Assembly (NCBI GenBank): GCA_051047955.1
Contig: JBPGPT010000006.1
Coordinates: 558,001 to 622,000, forward strand
Length of the DNA stretch: 64,000 nucleotides
From: Cystobasidiomycetes sp. EMM_F5
Taxonomy: Eukaryota
Direction: 5' to 3'
The translations under genes were made by a program, and so were the position numbers. A model generated the notes under the pieces. It did not search any database, was not told the origin of the DNA, and saw nothing but the letters and a program-made list of their open reading frames with translations. Each line of letters begins with the position of its first letter. Positions within the stretch are counted from its first letter, which is position 1. Below, one piece after another: positions 62,848-64,000 of the stretch.

Positions 62848-64000
62848 ATATGTAGCTGTCGTTGGAAAGATGTGGTCGGTTGAAAAAGTATTACTGAATC
62901 ACATCATAGTTGCAGGAGCTCGCACACCGATGTAAAGCCTTCAGCTGACTGGTCTTCCTCTCTACCCACGACGATACGCTGCTCGTCTGTTCCCAATGAT
63001 TGCTTCGTATAGGTTATGAGTTCGACATGCTCGTTACTTCAGTACAAAACCAGCAGGAGCAGTCTGATTTCTTCATTATGCGGGCTGTACCTGTTCTTTG
63101 TCGACAAGAAGACGATGAAGAATTCCAAGGCGGATCCTCTCAGTTACTGAATTTATGAAGACACAACCCAATAAAAACTACGGTCAAAGAGTACGAGGTG
63201 TCAACTCTGCGTTTCGAAGCATACGGCACCGTCCCTTCTCGCACAGAGTTTCGTACCGAACATCAGGAGGCGATACCTCGATCCATCACTACCTTGACGC
63301 TGCAGCAGCTGGTCGCGCGATTTGGCACAACCTCAACGCGCCGCACGAGGAACTGTTCGGCTGCCGCAATATGTGGGGATCCGAACCGTTCTGTGACATG
63401 TTTTACCAAATATATATTACAATAAGCCGAAGACCGACAATGCATTGACTCTCGATAACTCAGGTACGCCTCCACAATCAGAGAAGCAAGTGACGCAATC
63501 TAATACCTCTACCTAACAGTTGGCAGAGTGTGGGACTGTAATGGAATCGATTATCCCAATGTCACCCGTTCGATCCGGGTTCGAGAGAATAAGCACGGTC
63601 GTCTTGGCACATCTTTTTTGTCCAGGGGTCATTGTACGGTCCTTTTTCTCGCCAAGGCAATGATCCTGAGTTTCGTTACGGAAGGTGATAGCTGTAACAG
63701 GAGTAACAGATTCTGTACTTTTCAGTGCCCGAATTTGCATAGACGCTTTCTCCCTCGCCTTTACAGGCAACATTCATCTGATAACATCTATTCAGCCAAT
63801 CCTGCTTTTGTCTGAATTTACTGCAGATTTACCTCTGGTAGCCTATTCCCACATCTTCCCGTGCATTGACTTAGCGATGTCATCTCTCTCGGTTCGTGGG
63901 CGGCTGCCCATCTAATCCTACTCGACTTTGCCACATCTCGACTTTGAGCCGACCAGGATATTCCACAAACATGAGCCAATTCTCGTTCGGGCAGGCTTCA

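Noticed and set aside
62950..64000. Short ORF fragments at the window end
   Set aside because: No coherent spliced model or recognisable motif could be built; may be UTR/intergenic or part of a gene extending beyond the window.

Overview
Gene-dense 64 kb segment of a fungal nuclear chromosome, most likely a basidiomycete yeast. This is inferred from protein similarity recalled by eye and from many ~45-60 nt GT/GC-AG introns with CTRAC branch points. About 29 intron-containing protein genes can be reconstructed. Housekeeping genes: RNA14 3' end, NHA1, SEC22, a membrane-anchored PDI, EMG1, SCO1, CDC14, SSADH/UGA2, a GST, a TRA2-like SR protein, RPL18 and PRP43. Also present are a C2H2 transcription factor, a Ran1/Ksp1-type kinase and several low-complexity hypothetical proteins. 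No tRNA, rRNA, transposon or CRISPR was recognised. Two things stand out. (1) A three-gene hydroxybenzoate-type catabolic cluster at 19.4-25.3 kb (FAD hydroxylase, amidohydrolase-type dihydroxybenzoate decarboxylase, MFS transporter), whose two upstream regions share an identical 12-mer (CCCGAATCTGAC) and 9-mer (AGCCGAAGT). (2) A local family of three small unrecognised paralogues at 51.2-55.9 kb, each with a phase-1 intron and a signal-peptide-like N-terminus; two carry an amphipathic C-terminal segment ending in RRARR, suggesting processed secreted peptides. All gene models were spliced by eye without database searches, so boundaries, especially starts, are approximate.
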